DNA of 64,000 bases from an uncultured Thermoleophilaceae bacterium (GCA_963765135.1 CAVXUX010000007.1:292931-356930), one strand, 5' to 3'; shown: positions 17,081-26,018, counted from the first letter of the stretch. The notes: generated from the sequence alone by a model not told the origin. Numbers and translations are program-made.

Positions 17081-18561
17081 ACTCGCCGCGCATCGCCTCC
17101 CAGTCAGACACCCCCTATCTGGACGCGCTGCGCGACTTCGCCGAGCGCGATCCGGTGCGGCTCCACGTGCCAGGCCACAAGGGCGGCGCGGGCGCCGACG
17201 CGCGCCTCGTCGACGCGATCGGCGAGCGGGCGCTCGCGCTCGACATCCCGGCGCTGATGTGGGGCATCGACGTCGGAGTGGAGCCGACGCCGTTCGAGCA
17301 GTCGCAGCGGCTGGCCGCCGAGGCGTGGGGGGCGCGGCGCACCTGGTTCCTCGTCAACGGCGCCTCGCAGGGCAACCACGTGGCTCTGCTCACGCTCGCC
17401 CACGGCGGCGACAGCATCGTGCTCCAGCGCAACGCGCACTCGAGCACCGTCGATGCGCTGGTGCTGTCCGGGCTGCGCCCGACGTTCGCGGCGCCCGAGC
17501 TCGATCCCGACCTGCACATCGCCCACGGCCTGCGCCCGGAGACGCTCGACCGCGCGCTGGCGGAGACGCCGGGCGCCGCGGGCGCGGCGATCGTGTCGCC
17601 GACCTACTTCGGCGCCGTGGCGGACGTGGCGGCGCTGGCGGAGGTCGCCCACGGGCACGGGGTGCCGCTGATCGTGGACGAGTCGTGGGGAGCGCACCTG
17701 GCCTTCAGCGACGAGCTCCCCGAGCACGCCCTGGGGCTCGGGGCCGACCTGGTCATCTCGAGCATCCACAAGATCGTCGGCAGCCTCACGCAGTCGGCGA
17801 TGGTGCACCTCGGGCAGGGCGACCTGATCGACGAGGAGGTGGTCGATCGGTGCGTGACACTGGTCGAGTCGACCAGCCCCAACGCCCTGCTCGGCGCCTC
17901 GCTCGACAGCGCCCGGCGCTCGGCGGTGATCGACGGGCAGTCGCTGCTCGAGCGGTCCCTGCGCGGGCTCGCGCTCACCCGCGAGGCGGTCCGCGAGGTG
18001 CCCGGCCTGGACGTGCTCGACGAGCGGCTGGTGGGCGCCGCCGGCGTGTTCGCTTACGACCCGCTGCGGCTCACGGTGGACGTGCGCGGCACGCGCACGA
18101 GCGGCTACGAGCTGGCCCGCCTGCTGCGCGAGCAGGACGTGCACGTGGAGCTGGCCGGCGAGAACGTGATGGTGGCGGTGTTCGGCATGGGGGAGGACAC
18201 GGCGGCCACGGGCGAGCGGCTGGTCGCGGCGCTGCACCGCGCGGTCGAGGAGCTGAGCGCGCACGAGCGCGATCCCGAGCCCGAGGTGTTCGCGCCGCCG
18301 CCGCCGTGGGGTGAGCTGGCGATGTCGCCGCGCGAGGCGTTCCTCTCGCCCCAGAAGGTGGTCCCGGTCAGCGACGCCGTCGGGAGGGTGGCCGCCGAGT
18401 CGCTCGCCGCCTACCCGCCCGGCATCCCCAACGTGCTCCCCGGCGAGCGCCTCACCGCCGAGACGCTCGACTACATCCAGCAGACGATCGACCACGGCGG
18501 CTCGCTGCGGGGCGCGAGCGACCGCTCGCTGCACACGCTGCGGGTGGTCGCCGAGGACTAG
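17014..18561 (+). CDS. PLP-dependent Orn/Lys/Arg decarboxylase-family enzyme (start uncertain: GTG 17014 or near 17092)
   Basis: HVPGHKGG and the S-x-HK PLP-lysine motif (VISSIHKIVGSLTQSAMVH) are present, with fold-type I length. The conserved N-terminus begins about TPYLDALRDF (17107). GTG 17014 would overlap the upstream gene by 67 nt. Confidence 0.82.
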   Translation: MGDRGRGRGRGPRSGRGGGAVLDSPRIASQSDTPYLDALRDFAERDPVRLHVPGHKGGAGADARLVDAIGERALALDIPALMWGIDVGVEPTPFEQSQRLAAEAWGARRTWFLVNGASQGNHVALLTLAHGGDSIVLQRNAHSSTVDALVLSGLRPTFAAPELDPDLHIAHGLRPETLDRALAETPGAAGAAIVSPTYFGAVADVAALAEVAHGHGVPLIVDESWGAHLAFSDELPEHALGLGADLVISSIHKIVGSLTQSAMVHLGQGDLIDEEVVDRCVTLVESTSPNALLGASLDSARRSAVIDGQSLLERSLRGLALTREAVREVPGLDVLDERLVGAAGVFAYDPLRLTVDVRGTRTSGYELARLLREQDVHVELAGENVMVAVFGMGEDTAATGERLVAALHRAVEELSAHERDPEPEVFAPPPPWGELAMSPREAFLSPQKVVPVSDAVGRVAAESLAAYPPGIPNVLPGERLTAETLDYIQQTIDHGGSLRGASDRSLHTLRVVAED

Positions 18562-19433
18562 CCCGCGACCCGCTCGCGCCGGATCGCCTGCATCAGGCAG
18601 TGCGCGCCGCCGCCGCCGAGCGTGAACGCGGAGAGCTCGGGGTCGTAGACGGTCAGGCCGAGCGCGCGCAGGCGCTCGTTGAGGTCCTTGGACTCGGCGG
18701 TCGAGAGGATGCGGTCGCCGCCCAGGCAGACGCCGTTGACGCCGAGCTTGAGGGCCGCGGCGAGGGTGACCGGGACGATCTCGACGTTCTTCGACTCGAG
18801 CCAGCTCACGAAGCCGTTGGAGGCCTGCTCGACGCAGACCGCGGCGAGCTTCTCGCCGAGCATGCAGGCGAGCACGTCGATGTGGAGGAAGTGGGGCGGG
18901 ATGCGCTCTACGCGGACCTCCCAGCCCTGCTCCTCGAGCCAGCCGGCCACCTGGCGCGCGGCCTGCTCCTGGGTGCGCTCCTCGCCGGTGCCGATCGCGG
19001 CGACGCCGGGCTCGACGATCATGAAGTCGCCGCCCTCGAGCGAGCCGGCGGTGACCATGTTGGCGATCGGGATGTCGTGCTCCTGGTAGAAGCGGATCAC
19101 GGCCGCGTATTCGCCGCGACGCCAGTACTGGGCGCACTGGGTGACGATCGGGCCGTCGGGGACGTTGATGCTCGAGTCGCGCGCGAAGACCTGGTAGGGG
19201 AGGTGCGGGTCGGGCTCGAGGAGGTGGACGTTCACGCCGGCCTCCTCGTAGACGGAGACCATCTCCTTGTGCTGGGCGAGCGCCTCCTCCCGGCTGAACA
19301 CGAGATCCGACGCCAGCGTGGCCCGCGAGATCGCACTGGTCGGCAGCCAGCGGTAGTGGTCCGGGGGACAGAGCAGGACGTCGAGCAGGCGGCCATACTC
19401 GGAGTCGACGCCCCAGGCGGTTTCGGCGGACAT
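18558..19433 (-). CDS. amidinotransferase / dimethylarginine dimethylaminohydrolase-like (guanidino-group-modifying enzyme superfamily)
   Basis: 291 aa from ATG 19433 (MSAETAWGVDSEYG). It contains FARDS and a C-terminal catalytic-Cys motif GGGGAHCLMQ. The stop overlaps the convergent decarboxylase stop (CTAG). Confidence 0.78.
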   Translation of the reverse strand: MSAETAWGVDSEYGRLLDVLLCPPDHYRWLPTSAISRATLASDLVFSREEALAQHKEMVSVYEEAGVNVHLLEPDPHLPYQVFARDSSINVPDGPIVTQCAQYWRRGEYAAVIRFYQEHDIPIANMVTAGSLEGGDFMIVEPGVAAIGTGEERTQEQAARQVAGWLEEQGWEVRVERIPPHFLHIDVLACMLGEKLAAVCVEQASNGFVSWLESKNVEIVPVTLAAALKLGVNGVCLGGDRILSTAESKDLNERLRALGLTVYDPELSAFTLGGGGAHCLMQAIRRERVAG

Positions 19434-19447
19434 GAGGCGGCATCGTA

Positions 19448-19723
19448 TTGAGTGAGGTCGTACGCAAACGCGTGGTGGTGAGCGGCTACGTCCAGGGCGT
19501 GTTCTTCCGCGACAGCACGCGCCGCGAGGCAGCGCGCCGGGGCGTGGCCGGATGGGTCTGCAACCGGCGCGACGGGGCGGTGGAGGCGGTCTTCGAGGGC
19601 CCGCCGGCCGAGGTGGAGGCGATGGTGGCGTTCTGCTCGTCGGGCCCGCGGGGGGCGGACGTGGATCGGGTAACGACGAGCACCGAGGAGCCGGAGGGGC
19701 TGGCGGGATTCGAGGTGCGGTAG
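19448..19723 (+). CDS. acyP: acylphosphatase
   Basis: 91-aa ORF with VSGYVQGVFFRDSTRREA, GWVCNRRDGAVEA and a betaalphabetabetaalphabeta-size product. TTG start. Confidence 0.82.
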   Translation: MSEVVRKRVVVSGYVQGVFFRDSTRREAARRGVAGWVCNRRDGAVEAVFEGPPAEVEAMVAFCSSGPRGADVDRVTTSTEEPEGLAGFEVR

Positions 19724-19772
19724 CCGGCGGCCGCCGCGCGCCCCGCCGCGTTCTTCCTTCGCCCCACACGAG

Positions 19773-19809
19773 TCTGACGTTGAGCACCTATTTGGTGCCT
19801 AACGTCAGA
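19773..19809. promoter_or_regulatory. 37-nt AT-richer inverted repeat upstream of comEA (operator or RNA hairpin candidate)
   Basis: TCTGACGTTGAGCACC-TATTT-GGTGCCTAACGTCAGA. The outer 9 bp and inner 5 bp pair perfectly, with a 2-nt internal mismatch. Confidence 0.4.
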
Positions 19810-19902
19810 TTGGTCGCGGCCCCCGCGGTCGCGTCGCTCTCTCGTCGCTGTCTTGTTACGTGGGTCACCCACACGTCCGCCGCTGCTTCCTAGCCTCGCG
19901 CC

Positions 19903-20532
19903 GTGCTCTCGAGCGATGGGTCCCGCGGAACGCTGGTGGTCTGGGTCGTAGCCGCGCTGTTGGGCGGACTCGCGCTGATGCGCGTCGCCGGTTGCGGCGA
20001 CGAGGCCGGCCGGGGCAGCGCGGTGCGGGTCGCACGGATGCCCGAGCAGGGCGCCGGTCCGAGATCCGGCGCCGAGCGAGGCGGCGCCGGGATCTACGTG
20101 CACGTGGCGGGCGCCGTGCGCCGGCCAGGGCTGCTGCGGCTGGCCGAAGGCGCGCGGGTGGCCCTGGCCGTCGACCGGGCCGGGGGGCCGCTGCGCCAAG
20201 CCGACCTCGCGGGAGTGAACCTGGCGGCGAAGCTGGAGGACGGCCAGCAGGTGATCGTGCCCCGGCGCGGCGCGACGCCGGGCGCGGCGGGGGCGCCAGC
20301 CGCGGCACCGGGTGCGGCGCCACCCGGCTCCGCGGGCGCGCCCAAGCTGAGCCTGGGAGCGGTCACCGTGGAACAGCTGGACGAGCTCGACGGCATCGGC
20401 CCGACGCTCGCGCAACGGATCGTGGAGTACCGGACCGAACACGGCGGGTTCCGATCGCTGGGAGAGCTGCGCGAAGTCGAGGGGATCGGCGAGAAGCGCT
20501 TCGCGAGCCTGCGCGAGGCCCTGCAGCCGTGA
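19903..20532 (+). CDS. comEA: competence protein ComEA (SLBB + helix-hairpin-helix DNA-binding)
   Basis: N-terminal TM anchor, SLBB-like IYVHVAGAVRRPGLLRL, and C-terminal HhH pair LDELDGIGPTLAQRIVEYR...LREVEGIGEKRF. TAGCCT lies 6 nt upstream of the GTG. Confidence 0.85.
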   Translation: MLSSDGSRGTLVVWVVAALLGGLALMRVAGCGDEAGRGSAVRVARMPEQGAGPRSGAERGGAGIYVHVAGAVRRPGLLRLAEGARVALAVDRAGGPLRQADLAGVNLAAKLEDGQQVIVPRRGATPGAAGAPAAAPGAAPPGSAGAPKLSLGAVTVEQLDELDGIGPTLAQRIVEYRTEHGGFRSLGELREVEGIGEKRFASLREALQP

Positions 20533-23013
20533 GTGGTGAGTTGGCTCGCCCACCTCCCGCGGCGGCCCTTCCACCTCGGGCTGGCCGCCTTCGGCGGAGG
20601 ACTCGCGCTGGCCGAATGCCCTGCCGGCTTGGTGCTCCTCGTTGCCGCCCTTGGTACCGGCTTACTGGGCGCCCTGCGCGCCCCTCGGCTCGCCGCGGCC
20701 GTGGCCGCGCTCGTGCTGGCCGGCGCCGCCGCCGGAGACCTCCGTCTGGCCGCGATCGACCGCGCCGCCAAGCGCATCCGCGACGGCGAGCAGGTCACCT
20801 TGCAGGCACATCTGCTCGGCCTTCCGCGCCCCGGTGCCTTCGGCTCGTCCGCCGAGGTCGAGGTCCATAGGGGGCGGCTGCGCGGCGCCCATCTGCTCGT
20901 GCGGGCGGCTCGTTGGTCGCCGTTTCCGCGCTCGCTGGCCATCGGCGACGAGCTCGCGCTGAGCGGCCGCCTCCGCAAGCTGCGCCCGGGAACCGCGCCC
21001 GGGTCCGGCGGCTCGCGCGACCCGCCGTTCGACTACGACGCATACCTGCGCCGACGCGGCGTGGCTGCCGAGCTGCTGCTCGACCACGCCCGCGCCACCG
21101 GCGGCAGGCGAGGTGGCCTTGCCGGCGTGCTCGACCGCATGCGCGAGCGCGCCCAGCGGGCCGTGGTCGCCGGCATGTCCGCCGACCAGGCGGCCCTGCT
21201 GCGCGGCATGGTGCTCGGCGAGGACGAGCGCATCGACGCGTCGACCCGCGACGACTGGCGCGACTCCGGCCTCGCGCACCTGCTCGCGGTGAGCGGCCAG
21301 AACGTGATGCTGCTGGCCGCGCTGGCGCTGCCGCTCCTGATGGCGGCGCGCGCCGGGTTGCGGACGCGGCTGATCGTGCTGACGGTGCTGATCGCCCTGT
21401 ACGTCCCGCTTGCCGGAGCAGGTCCGTCGCTCCAGCGGGCCGGGGCGATGGGACTGGCGGGCATCGCCGCGATGGCGGCGTCGCGCCCCGCCTCGCGCTC
21501 GTACGCGCTGATCCTCGCCGCGACGGCCACGCTGCTCTGGAACCCGCGCGTCTGGGGCGACCCGGGCTGGCAGCTCTCGTTCGCGGCGGTCGCCGGCATC
21601 CTCACGATCGGCGTGCCGCTGCAGCGGGTGCTGCGGCGCGCAGTGCGCGAGTTGAGCCCGGAGCGGACGGCGGCCGCGGGGGATCGGGCGCCCGCCGCGG
21701 TCGAGAGCCCGCTCGCTCGTCTCCGCCTCCCGCTTCTCAACGCGGTCGCCGACGGCCTTGCCATCACCGTCGCCGCCACGCTCGCCACCGCGCCCCTGCT
21801 CGCCCATCACTTCGGCTACGTCCCGCTTGCCGGCCTCCCGGCCAACCTGCTTGCCCTTCCCGCCGTCGCGCCGGCCATGTGGCTCGGCATGCTCAAGATG
21901 GCTCTCGCTCAGGTCCCGGTCGGCGACTTCACGTCCGATACCGCCACCGGCCTGGGCGCGGTCGCGTCCCTGCCGGTCGGCTATCTCGCCGCGCTCGCCG
22001 AACGCTTCGCCGACATGCCCGGCGGGCGCGTCGAGGCTCCGCTGGCCTCGTCCGCGGCCGTGCTCGGCGCCTATGCGCTGCTCGCCCTCTTTGCCCTCGC
22101 GGTCCACAGCGCCGCCCGGCTCGACGACCGCCTGCCGCTCTGGGCCTCCGCCTGGCGCGCCCTGCCGCGCGCGCGTCGCCGCGCCGTCATCGCCGCTGCC
22201 GCCGCGGCCGCCATCCTCGCCACGGCCTCGGTGCTCGCCGGTCGCGCCCCGCCGGATCGCCTCACCGTCCGCTTCCTCGACGTCGGCCAGGGCGACGCGG
22301 TCCTCATCCAGCACCCCGACGGCACCGCCGTCCTGTTCGACGGCGGCCCTCCCGAAAGCGGCGTGGTCCGGCTGCTGCGCAGAGCCGGGGTGGATCGGCT
22401 TGCCCTTGTCGTGGCCACCCACGCCTCCCGCGATCACCACGGCGGCCTCCCGGCGGTGCTGCGCCGCTTCCAGGTAGAGACCTTGCTCGACGGCGGCGAC
22501 GACACCCCGGACCCGTCCTTCCGCGCGCTCGAGGCGCTGGCCGACGCGCGCGGCATCCAGCGCATCCCAGCCAGAGCCCCGCTGACCCTCACGCTCGCCG
22601 GCGGCGATCTGCGCATCGAGGTCCTGTCTCCGCCGCCCCGGCCGTCCGGTCCCGCGCCCGAGGATCCGAACCCGCGTGCGGTGGTGGCGATCGTCAGCTC
22701 GAGGGGCTTCGACCTGCTGCTCTCGGCCGACGCCGAGAGCGAAGCGCTGCTGCCGCTCGACCTCCCCGACGTCGACGCCATGAAGGTGCCCCACCACGGC
22801 AGCTCCGACCCGGGGCTGCCGGAGCTCCTCGAGCGCGTCCGACCCGAGCTCGCCGGGATCGAGGTCGGCCTGCGCAACACCTACGGCCATCCCGCGCCCG
22901 CCACCCTGGCGGCGCTGCACCGGGCCGAGGTTCCCACCTACCGCACCGACCGGGACGGCACGGTCACGGTCACCGTCGACGGACCGAGCATGGGCATCGA
23001 GACCGAGCGATGA
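20533..23013 (+). CDS. comEC: DNA internalisation competence protein ComEC/Rec2 with C-terminal metallo-beta-lactamase domain
   Basis: Intact 826-aa ORF immediately after comEA. It has a polytopic competence domain (SGLAHLLAVSGQNV) and MBL motifs (FLDVGQGDAVLI, ATHASRDHHGG, KVPHHGS). Confidence 0.9.
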   Translation: MVSWLAHLPRRPFHLGLAAFGGGLALAECPAGLVLLVAALGTGLLGALRAPRLAAAVAALVLAGAAAGDLRLAAIDRAAKRIRDGEQVTLQAHLLGLPRPGAFGSSAEVEVHRGRLRGAHLLVRAARWSPFPRSLAIGDELALSGRLRKLRPGTAPGSGGSRDPPFDYDAYLRRRGVAAELLLDHARATGGRRGGLAGVLDRMRERAQRAVVAGMSADQAALLRGMVLGEDERIDASTRDDWRDSGLAHLLAVSGQNVMLLAALALPLLMAARAGLRTRLIVLTVLIALYVPLAGAGPSLQRAGAMGLAGIAAMAASRPASRSYALILAATATLLWNPRVWGDPGWQLSFAAVAGILTIGVPLQRVLRRAVRELSPERTAAAGDRAPAAVESPLARLRLPLLNAVADGLAITVAATLATAPLLAHHFGYVPLAGLPANLLALPAVAPAMWLGMLKMALAQVPVGDFTSDTATGLGAVASLPVGYLAALAERFADMPGGRVEAPLASSAAVLGAYALLALFALAVHSAARLDDRLPLWASAWRALPRARRRAVIAAAAAAAILATASVLAGRAPPDRLTVRFLDVGQGDAVLIQHPDGTAVLFDGGPPESGVVRLLRRAGVDRLALVVATHASRDHHGGLPAVLRRFQVETLLDGGDDTPDPSFRALEALADARGIQRIPARAPLTLTLAGGDLRIEVLSPPPRPSGPAPEDPNPRAVVAIVSSRGFDLLLSADAESEALLPLDLPDVDAMKVPHHGSSDPGLPELLERVRPELAGIEVGLRNTYGHPAPATLAALHRAEVPTYRTDRDGTVTVTVDGPSMGIETER

Positions 23014-23032
23014 GCGCCTCCGCCGCCGCGCC

Positions 23033-23038
23033 TAGACT
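23033..23038 (+). promoter_or_regulatory. candidate -10 box (TAGACT) 8 nt upstream of the holA GTG (leaderless-type arrangement)
   Basis: TAGACT-gcgaggcc-GTG with no Shine-Dalgarno. The same geometry recurs at many first genes in this window. Confidence 0.4.
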
Positions 23039-23046
23039 GCGAGGCC

Positions 23047-24009
23047 GTGGCCGACCTGAAGCCCGCCTACCTGATCTGCGGCGACGACGACGCCAAGATC
23101 GACGCCTGGCGCGCCCGGGTGCGCCGCCGCGCCGAGGACGAGCGCGGGCCGGGCGGACTCGAGGCCTTCGACGCGCGCGCCAGCGAGCCGGCCGAGATCG
23201 TCGCCGCGCTCTCGGCCCTGACCTTCGATCCCGGTACCCGCTACGTGCTCGTGGACGAGGTCGGTGCCTGGAAGGCCCCGCAGCTCGAGCCGCTCGTCTC
23301 GATCCTCGCTGAGATGCCGCCCGAGACGGTGCTGGTGGCGATCGCGCGCGGCAAGGCGCTCAAGCAGCTCTGCAAGGCGGTTGAAGGCGCCGGCGGCGAG
23401 GTGCGCGAGTACCCGGCCCCGAAGCCGTGGGAGCTGCCCAAGTGGCTGGTCGAGCGCGGGCGCGAGCTTGGCGTTCAGCTCGACTCCGAAGCGGCCAAGG
23501 AGCTCGTGACACTGGTGGGGACGAGCCAGCAGCGCCTGTCGCGCGAGCTCGAGAAGCTCGGCCTCGCGGTCCACCCACGCACGAACGTCGTGACCGCGGA
23601 CGTCGACTCGCTCGCGGCCCGCGACGCCGCTCCCCAGGCCTACGACCTCGCCGACGCGCTCGTCGCCGGCGACCTCAAGGCGACGCTGGCGCTGGCCGAG
23701 CAGCTCGAGTCGCACGGCGAGCGGCCGGGGCGCCTCGTGTATCCGGTCGTCCGCCGCCTGCGCGAGGTGCACCGGGCGGCGGCGCTGCTCGACCAGGGCG
23801 TGCCGGAGTCGAAGGTGGGCGAGGCGCTCAAAGCGCCGCCGTGGCTCGTCAAGAAGACCGTGGCGCGTGCGAAGAAGGCCGACCGCGCGGCGCTCGAGCG
23901 CGCGATCTGCATCTTCGCCGACCTCGAGATCGACATGCGCGGTGGCGGCGAGCTCCAGCTCGACGAGGACACCGCCTTCTCGCTCGCCCTCGCCCGCGCC
24001 GCGGCGTGA
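23047..24009 (+). CDS. holA: DNA polymerase III subunit delta
   Basis: Intact 320-aa ORF in the conserved comEC-holA position. The N-terminus KPAYLICGDD and the overall delta-subunit helical C-terminal domain pattern fit HolA. Confidence 0.82.
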   Translation: MADLKPAYLICGDDDAKIDAWRARVRRRAEDERGPGGLEAFDARASEPAEIVAALSALTFDPGTRYVLVDEVGAWKAPQLEPLVSILAEMPPETVLVAIARGKALKQLCKAVEGAGGEVREYPAPKPWELPKWLVERGRELGVQLDSEAAKELVTLVGTSQQRLSRELEKLGLAVHPRTNVVTADVDSLAARDAAPQAYDLADALVAGDLKATLALAEQLESHGERPGRLVYPVVRRLREVHRAAALLDQGVPESKVGEALKAPPWLVKKTVARAKKADRAALERAICIFADLEIDMRGGGELQLDEDTAFSLALARAAA

Positions 24010-24485
24010 TCCGCCCGGCGGGCGAGCGCGACACCGAGGCGATCGCCGACATCTACAACGAGGGCATCGCCACCCGTTTGGCGACCTTCGAGACCGAGCC
24101 GCGCACGGCCGCGGACGTCGAATCCTGGGTGGCGGCGGGCGAACGGCTGCCGACCCTGGTCTCCGAGGAGGACCACGCGGTGCTCGGCTGGGCGCGCATC
24201 CTCGCCTACAGCGACCGCCCGGTCTACGCCGGAGTGGGGGAGGTGTCCGTCTACGTCGCCGAGCACGCGCGCGGACGGGGTCTCGGTCGCGCGCTGCTCG
24301 AGGAGCTCCAGGAAAGCGCCCGGCAGCTCGGCTACTGGAAGCTGGTCGGCAAGCTGTTCACGGCGAACGCGGCAAGCGCGGGGATGGTCCGTAGCTGCGG
24401 CTGGCGGGAGGTGGGCATGCACCACAAGCACTCCCGCCTGGACGGGGAGTGGCGCGACGTGCTGCTCGTCGAGCGAGTGCTGTAA
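24006..24485 (+). CDS. GNAT-family N-acetyltransferase (phosphinothricin/MnaT-like)
   Basis: GTG 24006 overlaps the holA stop (GTGA). The product contains IADIYNEGIA, VYVAEHARGRGLGRALL (acetyl-CoA Q/RxxGxG/A motif) and LDGEWRDVLLVE. Confidence 0.82.
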   Translation: MIRPAGERDTEAIADIYNEGIATRLATFETEPRTAADVESWVAAGERLPTLVSEEDHAVLGWARILAYSDRPVYAGVGEVSVYVAEHARGRGLGRALLEELQESARQLGYWKLVGKLFTANAASAGMVRSCGWREVGMHHKHSRLDGEWRDVLLVERVL

Positions 24486-24499
24486 GCGTCATCCGCGCG

Positions 24500-24518
24500 C
24501 AGCCGGCCGAGCCGGCTG
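24500..24518. terminator. hairpin between convergent GNAT and aldehyde dehydrogenase genes
   Basis: CAGCCGGC-CGA-GCCGGCTG, a perfect 8-bp stem. No clear U-tract. Confidence 0.4.
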
Positions 24519-24525
24519 CTTGCGG

Positions 24526-25986
24526 CTAGCCGCCGTACGGATACCACCACTCCTTGGGCGCGATCTTGGTCTCGATGTGCACGTGCTTGGTCTCCTGGAA
24601 GGCCTCGAGCCCCTCCTGGCCGAGCTCCCGCCCGAAGCCCGACTGCTTGAAGCCGCCGAACGGGCCGGCGTCGTTGTCGGTGAGCGGGTCGTTGATCCAG
24701 ACCGTCCCGGCGCGGATCTCGCGCAGGCAGCGCACGGCTGTCTCGAGGTCGCGGGTGTAGACGTTCGCGCCCAGCCCGAACGGGGTGGAGTTGGCCAGCT
24801 CGATCGCCTCGTCGAGCGACCCGACGGGCACGATCGGCGCCACCGGGCCGAACGTCTCCTCGCGGAGCAGGTCGGTCGAGGCCGGCGCGCCGGTGATCAC
24901 GGCGGGCGCGTAGAAGTGGCCGCGCTCGTGGCCCGCGCGGTCGCCGCCCACGACCAGTTCCGCTCCGGCCGCCACCGCCGCCTCGACCTGGGCCTCCACC
25001 TTGGCCCGCTGCGGCGCCGACACCATCGGCCCGACGTCCGTCTCGCCGTCCAGCGGATCGCCCACCCGCAGCGAGCGCGCATGCTCCACGAACGCCGAGA
25101 CGAAGTCGTCGTACACCTCGCGCTGCACGTAGAAGCGCTCGGCCGACGTGCACACCTGCCCGGCGTTGAGGTACGCCGCCCAGGCGCCGCCGCGCGCGGC
25201 CACCTCGATGTCGGCGGCGACGTCGGCGCAGACGATGAACGGGTCCTTGCCGCCCATCTCCAGGTTCATGCGCGCCACCCGCTCGGCGCACGCGGCCGCC
25301 ACCTTCTTGCCGGTCGCCACCGACCCGGTGAACGCCACGCCGTCGATGCGCGGGTCCTCGACCAGGGCGGCGCCCACGTCGCCGGCGCCGGCGACGATGT
25401 TCACCACGCCCGCGGGGAGGTCGGCGAAGCACTCGGCCAGCATCAGGGTCGACACCGGGGTGAGCTCGGACGGCTTGGCGACCACCGTGTTGCCCGCGGC
25501 CAGCGCCGGCGCCAGCTTCCAGGAGAGCAGCAGCAGCGGGTAGTTCCAGGGCACGATCGCGCCCCACACGCCGGTCGGCTCCTTGACGACCAGGGCGAGC
25601 TGGGTCGCCTCGATCGAGGGGATCACGCGGCCGGCGAAGTTGCGCCCCATCTCCGCGTAGTAGTCGAACGCCGCGGCCGTCCAGCCGACCTCGTCCGAGT
25701 TCTCGATCAGCGGCTTGCCGCCCTCGAGCGTGAGCGCGCGGGCGAGGTCGTCGGTCAGGGCCCGCATGCGCGCGGCCACCTCGTGCAGCAGCTCGGCCCG
25801 CTCGACGGCGGGCGTCGCCGCCCACCCGCGCGCGGCCTCGCGCGCGGCCGCGATCGCGGCGTCCAGCTGCTCCGGCGACGCCGCGCCGACCTCCGCCGCG
25901 GTCTCCTCGGTGGTCGGGTTCTCGACCTCGATCGCCGTCCCCTCGCCCGCGACCTGCTCGCCGCGGATCAGCAGTCTCGTCTCCAT
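24526..25986 (-). CDS. NAD(P)-dependent aldehyde dehydrogenase
   Basis: 486 aa from ATG 25986 (METRLLIRGEQV). It has WNYPLLL, FTGSVATGKKV, LEMGGKDP and the catalytic-Cys segment NAGQVCTSAERFYV. TAGGGT lies 8 nt upstream of the ATG. Confidence 0.9.
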   Translation of the reverse strand: METRLLIRGEQVAGEGTAIEVENPTTEETAAEVGAASPEQLDAAIAAAREAARGWAATPAVERAELLHEVAARMRALTDDLARALTLEGGKPLIENSDEVGWTAAAFDYYAEMGRNFAGRVIPSIEATQLALVVKEPTGVWGAIVPWNYPLLLLSWKLAPALAAGNTVVAKPSELTPVSTLMLAECFADLPAGVVNIVAGAGDVGAALVEDPRIDGVAFTGSVATGKKVAAACAERVARMNLEMGGKDPFIVCADVAADIEVAARGGAWAAYLNAGQVCTSAERFYVQREVYDDFVSAFVEHARSLRVGDPLDGETDVGPMVSAPQRAKVEAQVEAAVAAGAELVVGGDRAGHERGHFYAPAVITGAPASTDLLREETFGPVAPIVPVGSLDEAIELANSTPFGLGANVYTRDLETAVRCLREIRAGTVWINDPLTDNDAGPFGGFKQSGFGRELGQEGLEAFQETKHVHIETKIAPKEWWYPYGG

Positions 25987-26018
25987 GACGGCGGACCCTA
26001 GATGGTCCGCCGCAGTCG

